Assembly (NCBI RefSeq): GCF_004010195.1
Contig: NC_057752.1
Coordinates: 1,381,902-1,445,901, forward strand
DNA from: Chiloscyllium plagiosum
Lineage: Eukaryota
Length of the DNA: 64,000 bases
Reading direction: 5' to 3'
Shown here: positions 47,851 through 60,560 of the stretch, piece by piece
Layout of the letters: each line of letters begins with the position of its first letter
Position numbering within the stretch: position 1 is the stretch's first letter
Position numbers and translations under genes: made by a program
The notes under the pieces: generated by a model
What the model was told of the DNA's origin: nothing
Seen by the model: only the letters and a program-made list of their open reading frames with translations
Database searches by the model: none

Positions 47851-50800
47851 ACACCATTGAAAAAAATACAAGGGGTATTTCTTCATTCTGATACGTCTAA
47901 TCCAGCATTACGGGAGGTGATGGTGTCCTGGTAATGTCACTGGAGCAGTAATCCAGAACCCAGACTAATGTTCAGAGCAGCAACATCAGTGGGAAAACAT
48001 GACTGCGCAGTTCACTCACGCAAACCATAAGCAGCTTTTTCTGTAACTGGCCTGCATGGACCTTCCTCAGAAACCCCCTTTGGGAAGAAAGCTGCAAGTG
48101 GTTTGTCCACTGCACAAGTTGTGCCTTCAGCCCACAAAATACAGGCTGTGCATTCCATAGCACTGGGAGTCTCAAAATGTCACTGAACTGCTTCTACCTG
48201 GGGATATCATGCAACATTAAAAAGGTGGGGTGGAACATTTTTTTTTTTTTTACACAGCTTTGGAGAACTTGCTGCAAAAAAAAAAATCCATCCCATCCCA
48301 AGTATTGAAGCTTTCGTCGTGCAAGACAGAAGTCATTGCCAGCACACTGCCTCATTTCACAAATCAATTTGGTAAATTAAATAAGGGACTGTACTGAGAT
48401 TGCAAATTGCTCATTTTTGGGCATTTGTTCTTACAGTGTACGCTGATCAAAGTACCAGATCTGAGCAAACAAGTTTTGTATTTATCAAGATGCAACTGAA
48501 TGACTCGGAATAAGTACCAGATGTTCGTTCATTACAGACGCATGGTACAAGTAATTATAGTAGGAGTTCAAAGGTTCCACATTAAGGGCAAAATACACAA
48601 GGCAGATTTGAAAAAGATACTCATCATTCAGGCTATTATTAAAGAGGTGGAATCCACCTTTTACAAAATGCTCTAAGTGCCATCACTTCATTCACAGAAG
48701 AAGATTTACATAAATTAATATGCCTGAAAAAAAAAACGACAGAAAATTATCGTATTGCTGTATTAGTACCAATTAGTAGACAAAATCCAACAGGTAGAAA
48801 CAAAATTTCAGAAATCAACTTTGTAAATTTGTGTCTTTCAACCAGTCACACATTTCCCTGATCCGAAGGAAACACACAAATGCTGACCTACAAACCATAG
48901 GGAACCTCACTTTGCACAGAAAATGTGCTAACAAACATGGGATCTGTGCCCTCTGGGACCGGGATACCGACCACAATGAATGTGGTCTCCTAGACAGCAG
49001 TTTCAAAGGAGATCCACCAAGTTTATTTTACCTTCTGAACACCTGTAACTCCGAAGAATATGCAGCTTTCTAACCAGAAAACAGTAAATTGAGATCAAGG
49101 TGCTGCACAGACTCAGCAAGAAGATGCCTGCTTGCATTATTAAGTCAATATGCTCTGCTGCCATCAAAAGCACATCACTTCTTGAACAGCACAGACCTTC
49201 AGGTTCAGTTGGCTGCAAAGGCTAATGCCCATTCTATTCAAACATTCATCTTTGTATCTGGTCACACAATGGAATTATCATGGCAGTAAATGAACACCAC
49301 GGGTTGGGATATCTGGTGGGCATGGAACGGTTGGACTGAAAGGTCTGTTTCCATGCTGTACATCTCTTTGACTAACTTGCTATTACCCCATGGTCCCCTT
49401 GACATAGTAAAATATATCAAGTGACAGATGGAAAGGTGATTGAAACTTTACTTAAATAGGTACGTTTTCAGAAGCATCCTAAGGTCGGTCGGGGAGGGGG
49501 NNNNNNNNNNNNNNNGGGGGGGGGGGGCGGGCGGTTTAAAAGGGAGAGATTAACCTCGGTTCGTGCCAAGGTAGCAGAAGGCAAGGCCATCAGTAGTAAA
49601 GAAGCGAATATTGGGGACGCTCAAGAGGCCAGAATTGAAACAGCACAGATATCCTGAAGGGTTGTATGGCTGCAAGTGGTGAAATTAATGAGCTCTTCTC
49701 ATGGTAAATTTATGATCAGCAATGCTGTAATGGTACTTCGGGATAGTTCTGGCTTCAGAAGAGGAGAAACAAAGTGAGAACCAAATCCTCAATTCGTGAG
49801 CTTGCTTTTCACATCGCTGTTACCCCATAAGGAGTGGCAAGATGGAGGGGAGTAAAAATAAGTTTGCATGGATGATGACTATGCTGAAATAAACTTGGAA
49901 TGCTTGAACTTCCTCTTCCTATGTAAAAAAAAAAATCTGACTTGTCAGATGTGTGAAAATGTCCTTCTCTTAAACTCTTCCAGAACATGCATGAGACGAT
50001 AAAGTTACTGTCTTCTGTTGTTAGTCTCCACAACTGCTATGTAAAATGATTCAACATTACACCATGAAAATTGCTTTGATCCGTTGGTAATCTATTGAAG
50101 CAAGGGGAGCTTGAAGTGTAGATATTTTTAATCAACCTGTCCTAACAGAGAGCAGATGGGGCTTGAACCTGGCTGTTCTGACTCAGAGGCAGGCATACTA
50201 TCACTGTGCCACAACGGCCCCTGGGCTTAAAGAATATGATTCATTAGAATGACTGCATCATATAAACAAGACCTAAATGGCACACCCAATCCCTAGGAGG
50301 AGTCTTCGTTTAAAGTATTGTGTACCGCACTCCTTGCAGTCTTGAAATCTGTAGTCCACATTCCACTCCCATTACCCATCTCAGGCAAATGCCAATATAA
50401 ACCAATATGAACGGACTGGGTGGATGCAGGCAGTTCGAGAATGTCCTTCCGATTTGCAGCACTTACTCATTTTTCCCACACACGAGAAAAAACCAAGCGA
50501 CAAGTAAAATCTAAAAGGTTACCCCATTTCAAATGTTTCAGCTTCAGAGAAACTAAAACAAAACATGCAAGATATTTTAGGCTCTGTTAATTTATTATTT
50601 TGCTTGGCATGTTACATAGTGTAGAGAAGATTTGCTTGACTTGCTTTTCTGGATGAAATATAAATCACATGAGAGTCGCAGAAGCCCCCTGTGAAACATG
50701 TTTAGCATCTTCACCTCAGAACTAGCAGTGACCTTTTCCCATTTATTTTAAAACATGGACTTGGGATTTAACAAAGTTTGTTCAGCTGTATACTTCCAAG

Positions 50801-53661
50801 TTAGTGTGGAGCAAAAGGAGAATGAATTGTCTATCAGCTATAGATACGTATGTAATGCAATATATTAACATTTACATACTAACATTCCTCACCTCTGATG
50901 TTCTACACTGTCTTCCTGAAGGTGCCGACTCTGGCTGGGCAAGGACATCTCACTGGTTCTTGACATTAAAGCACATTTAGGGCACTATGCAAATTCAAGG
51001 CGTTGCTGGGCAGATCCAAATATTGCAGGGTCAGGACTAAAGGTGCAAAAGTGGTGACCAGATGGAAACGGGCTATGTGTGACTATCTAAAACGTCACAT
51101 CAACCTACTATTGCTGAGTTACAATTCAACAAATGCTGACAGTTATTCAGTACATAAGTGCCTATTCTTTGTATGTTGAGTGGGACCAAAGGGTTAAAAG
51201 CCCAATTATGTCTTTACCTAACACCACCCACCATGTTGCACACTTTCCAGCAGCAGTCATGATACATTTTGCAGACCCGGGGACACCCCAAATTGATTTG
51301 CCCTCTTGAGTATAGCGGACTTAACACACAGCTAGGGCATTATACCTTACATACCCTGGTTGGCATGGCTCAAGACACTGCAGAGCGGAGGCAAGGAAAA
51401 GCTAATCATTTTAAAACAAAATGTAAAAGAAAGGTAGGTTAATTCAAAAACATCGTAAGTATCCTACTGATTAGGAAGTTCCATCAGAGGACATCAGTTC
51501 CAATCTCAGGCTAGCACTTACTATTAGTCATCCACAAGGACAGCTGAATGGCTTAACATTCAGTTCAAAGCATGCGTTCCTCTGCGATTACAGTGCTCCC
51601 TCACTGTGCTGTGGTGCCAGTTAATCCTCCATCCAATGCCCTGGGATCCGAAAGCTCATTATTAATCATTAGATTCTCGGAATATTAACGGGCATTCTTT
51701 TTTCCACAAGCCGGAACTGACTCAAGCAAGTTTGAAAGATTCAAAGTATGCATCTACCATTTTGTGTGACTTTTAACTTTTAAGATCACAACTGCAGTTG
51801 TTTGAGCTCCTTAATCCAAAAATCTAACACAACTCAGGTAGACCATGTTGGAGGAGGGTGGGGATTCTTTCTCATGTCACTGAAGAATACTGTTTGACTT
51901 CATAACTAAAGGGGATGGTTGGGGTAGGGATGGGAAGGGTTGAAGAGATGGGGATTCTGATGAATAGTAGACAGAAAGGACAATCCTAATCACTTAGCGT
52001 CAGGATTTCCACTTTTTCCCGATACGATTTATTTATATAGGATGAAGGAACACAAGAGATTGCAAAAATAAAGTTCAAAGAGTTCAACATCACTGCAATT
52101 TTTAAAGTCACTTTTCTTAAGTATTTAATAATGGAATAGAGCTAAAGTTTTAAAGAGGCTGACAGCTACTGCATTATCTCGATGTTCCTGAATTAGTGGT
52201 TGGTTATTACAGTCATAGAGATGTACAGCATGGAAACAGACCCTTCAGTCCAACTCGTCCATCCCGACCAGATACCCCAACCCAATCTAGTCCCACCTGC
52301 CAGCACCCGGCCCATATCCCTCAAAACCTTTCCTATTCGTATACCCATCTAGATGCCTTTTAATTGTTGCAATTGTACCAGCCTCCACCACTTCCTCTGG
52401 CAGCTCATTCCATACACAAACCACCCTCTGTCTGAAAACGTTGCCCCTTAGGTCCCTTTTAAATCTTTCCCCTCTCACCCTAAACCTATGCCCTCTAGTT
52501 CTGGACGGCCCCACCCCTGGGAAAAGACTTTGCCTATTTATCCTATCTACGCTCCTCATGACTTTATAAACCTCCATAAGGTCACCCCTCAGCCTCAGAC
52601 GCTCCAGGGAAAACAGCCCCAGCCTGTTCAGCCTCTCTCTATAGCTCAAATCCTCCAACCTTGGCAACATCCTTGTAAATCTCTTCTGAACCCTTTCAAG
52701 TTTCACAACATCTTTCCGATAGGAAGGAGACCAAAACTGCATGCAATCTTCCAGAAGTGGCCTAACCAATATCCTGTACAGCTGCAACATGACCTCCCAC
52801 CCCTGTACTCAGTACTCTGACCAATAAAGGAAAGCATACCAAACGCTGTCTTCACTATCCTATCTAGCTGCGACTCCACTTTCAAGGAGCTATGAACCTG
52901 CACTCCAAGGTCTCTTTGTTCAGCAACACTCCCCAGGACCTTACCATTAAACGTATAAATCCTGCTAAGATTTGATTTCACAAAATGCAGCACCTCGCAT
53001 TTATCGGAATTAAACTCCATCTATCACTTCTCAGCCCATTGGCCCATCTGAACAAGACCCTGTTGTAATCTGAGGTATCCTTCTTCACTGTCCACTACAC
53101 CTCCAATTTTGGTGTCATGTGTAAGCTTACTAACTATACCTCTTATGCTCACATCCAAATCATTTATATAAAATGATGAAACATAGTGGATCCAGCACCA
53201 ATCCTTGTGGCACTCCACTGGTCACAGGCCTCCACCCTGAAAAACAACCCTCCACCATCACCCTCTGTCTTTTACCTTTGAGCCAGTTCTGTATCCAAAT
53301 GGCTAGTTCTCCCTGTATTCCGTGAGATCTAACCTTGCTAACCTGTCTCCCATGGGAAACCTTGTCGAATGCCTTCCTGAAGTCCATATAGATCACATCT
53401 ACTGCTCTGCCCTCATCAATCCTCTTTGTTACTTCTTCAAAAAATTCAATCAAGTTTGTGAGACATGATTTCCCACGCACAAAACCATGTTGACTATCCC
53501 TAATCAATCCTTGCCTTTCCAAATACATGTACATCTGTCCCTCAGGATTCCCTCCAACAACTTGCCCACCACTGACATCAGGCTCACTGGTCTCTAGTTC
53601 CCTGGCTTGTCCTTACCACCCTTCTTAAACAGTGGCATGTTAGCCAACCTCCAGTCTTCTG

Positions 53662-53797
53662 GCTGAAAATGTGTTGCTGGAAAAGCGCAGCAGGTCAGGC
53701 AGCATCCAGGGAACAGGAGAATCGACGTTTCGGGCATAAGCCCTTCTTCAGATTCCTGAAGAAGGGCTTATGCCCGAAACGTCGATTCTCCTGTTCC
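53662..53797. mobile_element. Young fold-back family-A element with two intact back-to-back hammerhead cores, truncated by the gap
   Basis: CTGAAGAAGGGCTTATGCCCGAAACGTC occurs on both strands (plus 53756-53783, minus 53751-53724). Confidence 0.88.
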
Positions 53798-54303
53798 NNN
53801 NNNNNNNNNNNNNNNNNNNNNNNNNNNNNNNNNNNNNNNNNNNNNNNNNNNNNNNNNNNNNNNNNNNNNNNNNNNNNNNNNNNNNNNNNNNNNNNNNNNN
53901 NNNNNNNNNNNNNNNNNNNNNNNNNNNNNNNNNNNNNNNNNNNNNNNNNNNNNNNNNNNNNNNNNNNNNNNNNNNNNNNNNNNNNNNNNNNNNNNNNNNN
54001 NNNNNNNNNNNNNNNNNNNNNNNNNNNNNNNNNNNNNNNNNNNNNNNNNNNNNNNNNNNNNNNNNNNNNNNNNNNNNNNNNNNNNNNNNNNNNNNNNNNN
54101 NNNNNNNNNNNNNNNNNNNNNNNNNNNNNNNNNNNNNNNNNNNNNNNNNNNNNNNNNNNNNNNNNNNNNNNNNNNNNNNNNNNNNNNNNNNNNNNNNNNN
54201 NNNNNNNNNNNNNNNNNNNNNNNNNNNNNNNNNNNNNNNNNNNNNNNNNNNNNNNNNNNNNNNNNNNNNNNNNNNNNNNNNNNNNNNNNNNNNNNNNNNN
54301 NNN
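53798..54303. other. Assembly gap (N run)
   Basis: Ns. A second short N run at 49501-49515 is flanked by poly-G. Confidence 1.
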
Positions 54304-56836
54304 GCATCTGCCCCCAATCAGCTTTTGAAAGTTCTTGCCTAATACCATCAAAATTTCTCCAATTTCAAACTTCAATTTTTATATCTGGTCTATCCTTTTT
54401 CATCACTATTTTAAAACTAATAGAATTATGGTCGCTGGCTCCAAAATGCTCCCCCACTGACACCTCAGTCACCTGCCCTGCCTTATTTCCCAAGTAGGTC
54501 AAGTTTTGCACTATTACAATAATATTTCCAGACTTTAATAACTCATGACACTCTGGCCTGCCCTTTTCCTAGCTCCAACTTCAGTTAGGCAGAGCCAGAA
54601 AAAGACCAGAACCAGACATGGGATACTTGGGCCAGATTGTTCAGACTTGGAAAGGCTTCGCTACTTAACCAAAACGATGGAGAACTCCCAGCCCCGAACT
54701 CAGTCCCGACAATTGCTACTGGAGGAAGATGGGGTAACTGGGCAGGAGGCATCTTACTTATCCACAGTTCAAGGAGGCAGCATTACGTTTGGCTGAGTGC
54801 AGCTGCTTTGACTCAGACACAATGTACCTCACCCAAATTGTAGTCGCAAACCATGTGAGCTTCAGACTTTTCAGGAAAAGATCAGAACAGATCAGAGTCC
54901 TTCAGAGAGTTATGGTGCAATTTGGGAGAGATCTGGGTACCCTTTAATAGAGGTTGATATGCATAAAAAGGTAGATAAAAACAGTCAAGGCATCAAGTCA
55001 TTTAAATCCTATGCTCTTTAAACATTGAAGGGTTAAAAAAATGCCTGCTATCACACTCAGTTGAATAAATCTTGATGCTTTCAATTTCAATTGCTGTTTG
55101 TTGACATAGCCAGAGGGGCTTTGTGCAACTTGACTGCTCCCACAACCTATCATTATCACAGTTGGGGTACGGTGCAAGTTCACATTTTCTGGTTATAACT
55201 GAATGAGCTGTTTTGATGAGAGACTATGAATGAAATACTTTTATAGGCGACTCTGTACATGGAGTGATTTCAATGCATTGAATGGGCTTTTATGAATTAA
55301 AATGCTTTTCTAACAGAGTGAAGTCTGTAATACAAAGTTAGAACACTATTTTGTTTCATCTCAGCATGCCCCCCAGCCCAAATATAGGGTAAAAGGTTTG
55401 TTGGACAGAGATATGTGACACATTACATAAATTCTGAAGCCAGAGTCCAGTCTCAATCCTGGCCTATTATCAGTCTCAATCAGTAGTATGATGGAGTTTA
55501 TATGCATTGCATAGATTAACACAGGGATTGAAAGGAATGGAATGCTTTGCTGATAGTACAAGATAGTGAGGAGGTGGTGGTGAAGGAACATAAACACCAC
55601 CACAGACCTGTTTGGCCAAAAGATCTTTTTCTGTGTTGTAAGCTGAAATGTGACTCGACTTGTCCATACTGAACAAACACCAAACAGCCCTTTCCAAGGC
55701 GTATAATATATCTGAGGGGTTGACAGGAAAGTACAAACTATTATTGATGGTGAGAGGAAATGCAGATGCTGAAGCCTGTTGTACAATGCAGTTGATCTGA
55801 AAGGGTTAACTCAGAAGCTTGGCTTTGCCCACTGATGTAAAAATGACTGCCTATGGGAGGAACGAGTCAGTTGTCCAATTTGTTGCTAATTGTCAGTTCC
55901 ACAATCTATAGCAATGTTGCATAGATTTAGTTGCTATCTCTTAAGAGATAACAATGTCTTACCTTGTGTTAATATAGTTAACCAGTCTTAAGCTAATGCA
56001 ACCGGTCATTTTACTTATATGTAATAAGCTACTTCATATTGCTCAAGTACAGGCCTCTTCTGGCAAAGACTGGTTCATTGTTTATTCCTCAATGTTCGTA
56101 TACTCTGTGGCCTAGTATCAGAAATAGGGTTGGTGGAGGAAATCTACCCAAAGATGATCCTAGCAGAACTAGATGCTAGCTGCAGACATCTCTCACATCA
56201 GAGTTAAGGAGTAAAATCAAGAAATAGTGAAATTACACAATATGGTTGATCCGACAGCTGCTGAGAGAAAGACCAGGTAAAGACCCTTCCTCAGGCCTGA
56301 GCATCTTCCTGGGGAATGGCAGCTTATCTCCCTTCTTTCCAGATATGGCAGATCTTGTACAAACACAGAAAATGTTGGAAATGTACACAAAAATGAAGAT
56401 TAAGCTGTTTATACAGTCAACTAAATCCCCCAAGAGCATGACACAGACTAGCAGCTGAAATTCCCACATTACTCTTTCCCATTTGAGCTTTCCAGTCACC
56501 AAAAAACAGAAGAGAGCATACTGCGGAAAAATAAATGGAATTACGTGCAGAAATGGATACACACACAGGTTAATAGATAACTGGTTGTGAGACACATGAC
56601 AGTAATTGAATTAAGGGATTCGATGACACCATAAATCACAGGGGAAAAGATTCAGCTTGTAATGAAGTCTGGTCACTTGTTAGTTTACATTGAGAGGGAA
56701 TTTGAAAGTACATATACATTTCCAGGATCTATAACTGCATTATATACACGAGTTAGGGGTAGGCCAATCAGCCCCTCAAGTCTATTCTGCCATTTGGTAA
56801 GATCACGGCTGATCAGATTCTGGCTTTGGCCAGACT

Positions 56837-56838
<2 letters not shown>

Positions 56839-56868
<30 letters not shown>
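56839..56868. repeat. (TC)n microsatellite
   Basis: Directly visible. Confidence 0.95.
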
Positions 56869-56870
<2 letters not shown>

Positions 56871-56895
56871 CTCTGTACTCTGAGTCCCTTAATTC

Positions 56896-57190
56896 TTAGA
56901 TTCCCTACAGTGTGGAAATAGGTCCTTCAGCCCAACAAGTCCACACCGACCCTCCAAAGAGTAACCCACCCAAATTAATGGGCCTAACACTATGGGCAAT
57001 TTAGCATGGTCAATTCACCTAACCTGCACACCTTTGGATTGTGGGAGGTAACCGGATCACCCGGAGGAAACCCACACAGACACGGGGAGAATGTGCAAAC
57101 TCCACACAGACAGTCGCCCAAGGTGGGAATTGAACCTGGGTCCCTGGCGCTGTGAGGCAGCAGTGCTAACCACTGAGCCACCGTGCCGCC
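56896..57190 (-). mobile_element. HE1-type SINE
   Basis: Full head, core and tail. Confidence 0.9.
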
Positions 57191-57721
57191 ACAATTACAA
57201 ATCTATCTAACTCAACTTTAAAATGTTCAATGACCCAGCCTCCACTGCCCCCTGGGGAAAAGAGTTCCACAAATGAGCAGCCCTTGGGGGAAAAAAAAAA
57301 TCTCATCTCCACCTTAAATAGAAAACTGCTTTGGTTGTTGATAAATGGCCATTATGATCACGTTAAAAGACACATCTATATTCTGTGTACACATTTGTCC
57401 ATGCTTCTACAAAACCGAATTGATGCAGATAATACACACCTCTGCTGCATTATAATCCTGTAAAATCCAGCACAAAGAGGCAGACCACTGAAGTGCTTTT
57501 ATTAGCTGTGAATCTGAAATGTAACAAGGTGTTTCCACTGTAGGTAACAATATAGAAATGAGATCTGAGCTAGTGGGATTTGAAAACAAACCAAAATAAG
57601 CTCTTAAACCATTCGCAAATACACTGCTGTCATCCTGGCTGGCTGAACACGTTGAACTGACTACAAGGGTTACTGCACAAACAATGCTTACGGATGAATC
57701 TGTAATATTATACATTCAAAA

Positions 57722-58293
57722 TCTGCGCCCACACCTCCCCCCTCATCTCCATCCAAGGCCCCAAATCCAACAGAGATTTACCTGCACTTCCACCAATGTC
57801 ACCTACTGTATCCGTTGCACCCATTGTGGTCTCCTCTACACTGGGGAGACAGGACGCCAGCTTGTGGATTGTTTCAGAGAACATCTCTGGGACACCCACA
57901 CCCACCAACCCCACCGCCCCGTGGCTGAACACTTCAACTCCCCTCTCTACTCCCACAAGGACATGCAGGTCCTGGGCCTACCCCAACCACCCGATGCCTG
58001 AAGGAAGAACACCTCATCTTCTGCCTTGGGACCCTACAACCACACGGGATTAATGTGGATTTCATCAGTTTCCTCATTTCCCCTCCCCCCTACATTATCC
58101 CAGTCCCAAGTCTCCAACTTGGCACTACCCTCTTGACCTGTCCATCACCTTTCCCATCTGTCCATTCCACCGTCCCCTCTGACCTAAACACCAAATCTCC
58201 TGCCCCTCGGATGCTGCCTGACCTGCTGTGCTTTTCCAGCACCACCATACTCTTGACTCTGATCTCCAGCATCTTCAGTCCTCACTTTCTCCT
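57722..58293 (+). mobile_element. Penelope-like element 3' fragment encoding a GIY-YIG endonuclease remnant
   Basis: ORF 57684..58001 reads RFTCTSTNVTYCIRCTHCGLLYTGETGRQLVDCFREHL...PVAEHFNSP. It has the GIY-YIG pattern (VTY...YTGET) with CxxC and the VAEHF motif, and ends in the family-A tail. The 8-bp TSD attcaaaa is at 57714-57721 and 58294-58301. Confidence 0.9.
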
Positions 58294-59957
58294 ATTCAAA
58301 AGTGGATGTCTGATTGCGATTCATTCTAATTTGAATTAATAATTCTAATGGCTTGGTTTTTCATAATGACTTTAACTACTGGATTCTCCATGGTAACAAA
58401 AGTGCAAGCGCAACCCCCACGGACCATCTGAGTAGGTTATCGGCCTTACCTTCAAGGCCAATTTTCTTGCCTGATTTCCCGGAAAATGCTTAGTCGCATT
58501 ATGGTTTCAGAGAGACGGCCGAGCCACTGGTGCCTCCGTCTGCTGGTCATTTTCAATGTGGCAGCCAAGGTGGTGAAAATTCCTTCGCAGTTCCACAGTG
58601 GAGGCATCCCAGCAGAGATTGAACACCCTCCTGTTCAATTTCTCACAAACGCATACTTTCTGGTAGAACTCCCTGAACAACATGTAGAATTAAATTCCCA
58701 ATTTGTCATTTCTTAGCCCAGGACCAGACACCAACTGAGGAGCCCCATTGGTACAATGTTTGAGGGGAGTTAACTCAGGTAGACTGGTGATCATCCTTTG
58801 ATCTGGATGGTTTAAGTTTATATAGGAGTTTGACCAGTATATAAATATTGGAATCGAATTTTGGGATCCATTCCACTACGCAACACCATTTAAACATAAT
58901 CTGTAAACTGTTCCAAGGAGAATGTGAGGCAGGGGACTTTGTGAAGGGGTTTCCAGGTATTAGAAAGGAGCCAGCTGAAGGCACAGCTGCTAACATTGAG
59001 GCAAAGTCAGAAGGAAGCAGAAGAGGCCACAGCCAAGTGAATGGGGAGCTTGGAGAATGGGCTGGAGGAGGGTTCAGAAATTGGAAGGGATTTAAAATGC
59101 AAAGATGAACATTTTAAACTGAAGGCATGGGGAGACTGGAAGCCAATGTGGATCAGCAAGGGTGAAAGCAGGAGAGAGTTACAGATGAGATGTTGGTCAG
59201 GAGATAATTGACTTCACCAAACCTATATGAATTTAAGAAGTGGATCATTCATAGTTTCACTTTCAGTATTTTGGTTGATTTTTAAAAAAAAGTTTTCTTT
59301 TAATACATGCTCAGTGCTGGATTTTTTTTTAAAAAGGAAAGGGTTAAAAACTGTTGGCACGGTGCTGAAGAATTTCTCTGTTGCCAAATCCGAGAGACTC
59401 AGGCTCTCACAGCTGCTGGCCACTGTAGGCAGCTCAAGGCACCGTAAACGGCATTCCAGTAAAGTACAATCGCAAGATTTTATGAGTGGGAAACTGGAAA
59501 AAATGACAAGAGCTGGTCTGAATCAGTCCAAGGGTGGGACCAGTAATAAAAGAAAAGGTTCCGAACTAGAATACCAAAAACAAACAGCAGTCACGAGTTT
59601 GAGGGAAAGGCAAGCCAGACGTGGCAACTTGAAAAGGCAAGCGGCTGTTTGTAGCACCGAAAAGGCCTTGCAGTTTTCCAACAGTATGCACATGATGTCT
59701 GTCAGGGAACAGATGGAAAAAATAATTCTCTGTAAAAAGCAAAGGATTGGGAGCCAAATACTTCCCACCAAGATAATCTTTCAATTTACATGAACAACGG
59801 TGAATGGGACATTTTATAGAAAAATAAAATAATTATAAAGGCTACGCACCCTATTTTGACTTTATGATGGGTTGCAGGATGTGGGACACCAACGGTGGAT
59901 AAAATGCTCCTAATTTCTCAGAACTTACCAGCTTGGCGTCAGAACCTTGAAAAAGAA

Positions 59958-60560
59958 CATTGGTCAGTGCACTGAGTACAGGAGTTGGGAGGTCATGTTG
60001 CAGCTGTACAGGACATTGGTTAGGCCACTTTTGGAATATTGCGTGCAATTCTGGTCTCCTTCCTATTTGAAGGATGTTGTGAAACTTGAAAGGGTTCAGA
60101 AAAGATGTTGCCAGGGTTGGAGGGTTTGAGCTATAAGCAGAGACTGAGTAGGCTGGGGCTATTTTCCCTGGACTGTCGGAGGCTGAGGGGTTACCTTATA
60201 GAGGCTTATAAAATCATGAGAGGCATAGAAAGGGTAAATAGACAAGGTCTTTTCCCTGGGAAGGGGGGAGTCCAGAACTAGAGGGCATAGGTTTAAGGTG
60301 AGAGAGGAAAGAATTAAAAGGGACCTAAGGGGCACCTTTTTCACGCAGAGGGTGGTGTGTGTATGGAATGAGCTGCTAGGGGAAGTGGTGGAGGCTGGTA
60401 CAATGACAACATTTAAAAGGCATCTGGATGGGTCTATGAATAGGAAGCATTTAGAGGGATACAGGCTAAATGCTGGCAAATGGATTAATTTAGGATATCT
60501 GGTCGTCATGGACGAATTGGACTGAAGGGTCTGTTTCCGTGCTGTACATATGTGACTGTA
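59958..60560 (+). mobile_element. HER1/CR1 LINE 3' fragment
   Basis: IGQCTEYRSWEVMLQLYRTLVRPLLEYCVQFWSP...FFTQRVVCVWNEL. Confidence 0.9.

Larger units (their letters stand above)
52211..54510 (-). mobile_element. Longest HER1/CR1 LINE copy (EN C-terminus, RT, 3' UTR), frameshifted and spanning the N gap
   Basis: Right of the gap it reads VSVGEHFGASDHNSISF (EN SDH motif). Left of the gap it reads DSQHGFVRGKSCLTNLIEFF...DFRKAFDKV...VTSGVPQG...INDLD...LYRILVRPLLE...WNELP. Confidence 0.92.

Noticed and set aside
53669..54375. Five long ORFs in the track
   Set aside because: They are artefacts of translating through Ns.
58449..58630. Strong minus-strand donor AAG|gtaagg as a possible coding exon
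   Set aside because: All three frames contain stops shortly upstream and there is no BLOC1S1 similarity.
58486..58716. ORF starting MLSR, like the BLOC1S1 N-terminus
   Set aside because: It is on the wrong strand and has no similarity beyond four residues.
59227..59793. 188-aa ORF
   Set aside because: It has no recognisable domain or splice structure, and the A/T homopolymer-rich sequence suggests a chance ORF.
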